DNA of 64,000 nt from an uncultured Acidobacteriota bacterium (GTDB lineage: Bacteria > Acidobacteriota > Vicinamibacteria > Vicinamibacterales > CAVPJW01). A program made the position numbers and the translations under genes. Shown here in pieces: positions 62,396 to 64,000 of the stretch (the stretch's first letter is position 1; every line of letters begins with the position of its first letter). The DNA lies in assembly GCA_963826865.1 (NCBI GenBank), contig CAWGYQ010000007.1, forward strand, positions 8,605 to 72,604, written 5' to 3'. The notes under the pieces were generated by a model. That model worked only from the letters and a program-made list of their open reading frames with translations. It was not told the DNA's origin and did not search any database.

Positions 62396-63772
62396 TCACT
62401 TCTCCGCAGGATGCCAGGCTGGTGGAACCGTCGCGCGCTGCGTGGGCCTGGGTGCCCACGCCGGGACCCCCTTGAAGGCCGGGACGGGTTTCGGAGTGTC
62501 GGCCGCGGGGGTCTTGACCGTCGCCGCTTCCGTGGCGTTCACGGCAATCGCATGGAGCGCGATCGTCAGTGCCATGACATGCCAGGTGATTTCGGTGTAC
62601 TGGAAAATCACGAAGGTTCCGCCGACGATGCAGACGATCAAGCTTGCTTCGAGGGCGGACGCGTAGTAACTCAATTCGCTAATCGCCGGCGTCTTCTTCG
62701 CCAGCTTCCGAACCTTACGGCACGTGAACAGAGCTGCGCCGACGTTCGCTGCGAGTAAGATCAATCCTGGATATCCGAGCTCAGCCAGCACTCCAAACAC
62801 CGAGCTGTGGACCGATCGTCGCGGGCCGTATTCACCGCCAGAAAAATCGTACTGGTCGTAGGCGGAGTTGAAGGCGAGGTGGCCCACACCCGTAAACGGC
62901 CGGTCATTTGCCATGTCGACCGCGACGGCCCAGAAATGCAAGCGACCTTGCGCCGACGCATCCCGCTCTTCAGAGCTCGCGCCAATGGTGGCCATGCGAT
63001 CCCAAAACGCGTCCGGGAGCACGGGCACGATGAGGGCGCCCACGACGATCATCGCCAGCAGGGAGCGAAGCTTATAGCTTGACCGGAACCAGTGCACGGA
63101 GCCGAACGCCATGAGCGCGAGGAAGCCCCCACGCGAATACGTGACAACCGCTCGATAGAGCACGCCGACCGCGACGAACCGGTGCAGGTAGCGCTCCCAT
63201 CGCTTCTGGGCTGTGTTAGCGAGCGCCAGGGCGATGGGCACGATCATCAGTGTGCCAATAGCGGCGCCGTTGTTGTCTCCGATCGCCGGCAGCGAGTTGA
63301 TGTTCTGGCCACCGGGATTGAGAAAAAGCTGTGCCCACCCTTGCTTGGTGGCCTCAAAGCCGAGAGAGAGCGTGATGACGAGCAGAACCGTCCGCAAGCG
63401 CCAGACGTCGGTGACCAGCGTGGCGATGGCGTAGCTGATGAGCGTGGACTTGAGGAAAGGCACCCACCCTTGATAGGCCTCCTCCGGATACGGCGAAACG
63501 GCGACCGACAGCGTGCTCTGTGCCAGGAAGAGACCCATCAGGAGGATGCGCCAGTCAAACCGGAACCGCTCGCGGCTGAACACCAGCAATGCGACGAGTG
63601 CGAATCCAGCCAACGTCGAGAGACGTAGGTCTGCAATGAGGTCGCTCCACACCCACGCTTCCGGGCGGAAATAGGCGATCCAGAGGTACCAGAGCAACGC
63701 ATAGAACGGCCCTCGGAATGCGGCGAGCCCTCCTGCAGTGGCGACGATCAGAACGAACAACATTCGGAGCAC
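62396..63772 (-). CDS. O-antigen ligase-like / putative O-glycosylation ligase (exosortase-A-locus type)
   Basis: YLWIAYFRPE, GDNN, TYSRGGFL, SAQGRLHFW, HS..FGVLAELGYPG. Confidence 0.85.
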   Translation of the reverse strand: MLRMLFVLIVATAGGLAAFRGPFYALLWYLWIAYFRPEAWVWSDLIADLRLSTLAGFALVALLVFSRERFRFDWRILLMGLFLAQSTLSVAVSPYPEEAYQGWVPFLKSTLISYAIATLVTDVWRLRTVLLVITLSLGFEATKQGWAQLFLNPGGQNINSLPAIGDNNGAAIGTLMIVPIALALANTAQKRWERYLHRFVAVGVLYRAVVTYSRGGFLALMAFGSVHWFRSSYKLRSLLAMIVVGALIVPVLPDAFWDRMATIGASSEERDASAQGRLHFWAVAVDMANDRPFTGVGHLAFNSAYDQYDFSGGEYGPRRSVHSSVFGVLAELGYPGLILLAANVGAALFTCRKVRKLAKKTPAISELSYYASALEASLIVCIVGGTFVIFQYTEITWHVMALTIALHAIAVNATEAATVKTPAADTPKPVPAFKGVPAWAPRPTQRATVPPAWHPAEK

Positions 63773-63804
63773 GTGCTTCTCCTAGATCCCGTGTCCCGGC
63801 GCTC

Positions 63805-64000
63805 TCAGCCCAGCGAACGGAGCAGCGCCGCAGCCCGCGAGAAGTCCGTGAACGCCAGTTGCCTGATCCAGATGGCGGCCAAGACTAGAACTCCGGCGAC
63901 GGGCACGCGAATCATTCGAAGGTCGCCACCGAGCCGTCGCCAGCTTCGGTTGAGCCAGGCTGATGCCGCGTAGAGCAGTAGAATCGGCACGAGCGGCAAG
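63805..64000 (-). CDS. 3' end of an upstream membrane protein (partial)
   Basis: Open hydrophobic frame from the window edge to a stop at 63805, co-oriented with the operon. Confidence 0.55.
   Translation of the reverse strand, partial: LPLVPILLLYAASAWLNRSWRRLGGDLRMIRVPVAGVLVLAAIWIRQLAFTDFSRAAALLRSLG

Overview
GC-rich bacterial chromosomal window. Gene content suggests Acidobacteriota, probably Vicinamibacteria; this is an inference and was not verified by search. The left half (1-33 kb) holds housekeeping and envelope genes: a partial FKBP PPIase, an FGE-fold protein, a CotH-like kinase, a DmpA peptidase, proC, a ferredoxin, a desaturase, tRNA-Leu(CAG), sppA, ppiD/surA, mreBCD-mrdA-rodA-rng, an ECF sigma/anti-sigma/DUF4097 triad, and an M4 protease paired with a beta-barrel. 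The right half (33-64 kb) is a large exopolysaccharide/glycosylation locus resembling exosortase-A (PEP-CTERM)-associated loci. It carries an embedded PAPS-supply module (PHP phosphatase plus Sat/CysC), a sensor-less sigma-54 activator, and several secreted candidate glycan-remodelling enzymes (G8/beta-helix, esterase, PL26/YetA-like, beta-helix). Three sigma-54 (-24/-12) promoter matches link parts of this locus and one distant methyltransferase. Other notable signals are a structured ncRNA candidate opposed by a Fur-box-like antisense promoter (13.27-13.50 kb) and two decayed gene remnants with internal deletions. Many single-base frameshifts, including one in mreC, look like long-read assembly errors. 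All family assignments come from motif recognition, not database searches.
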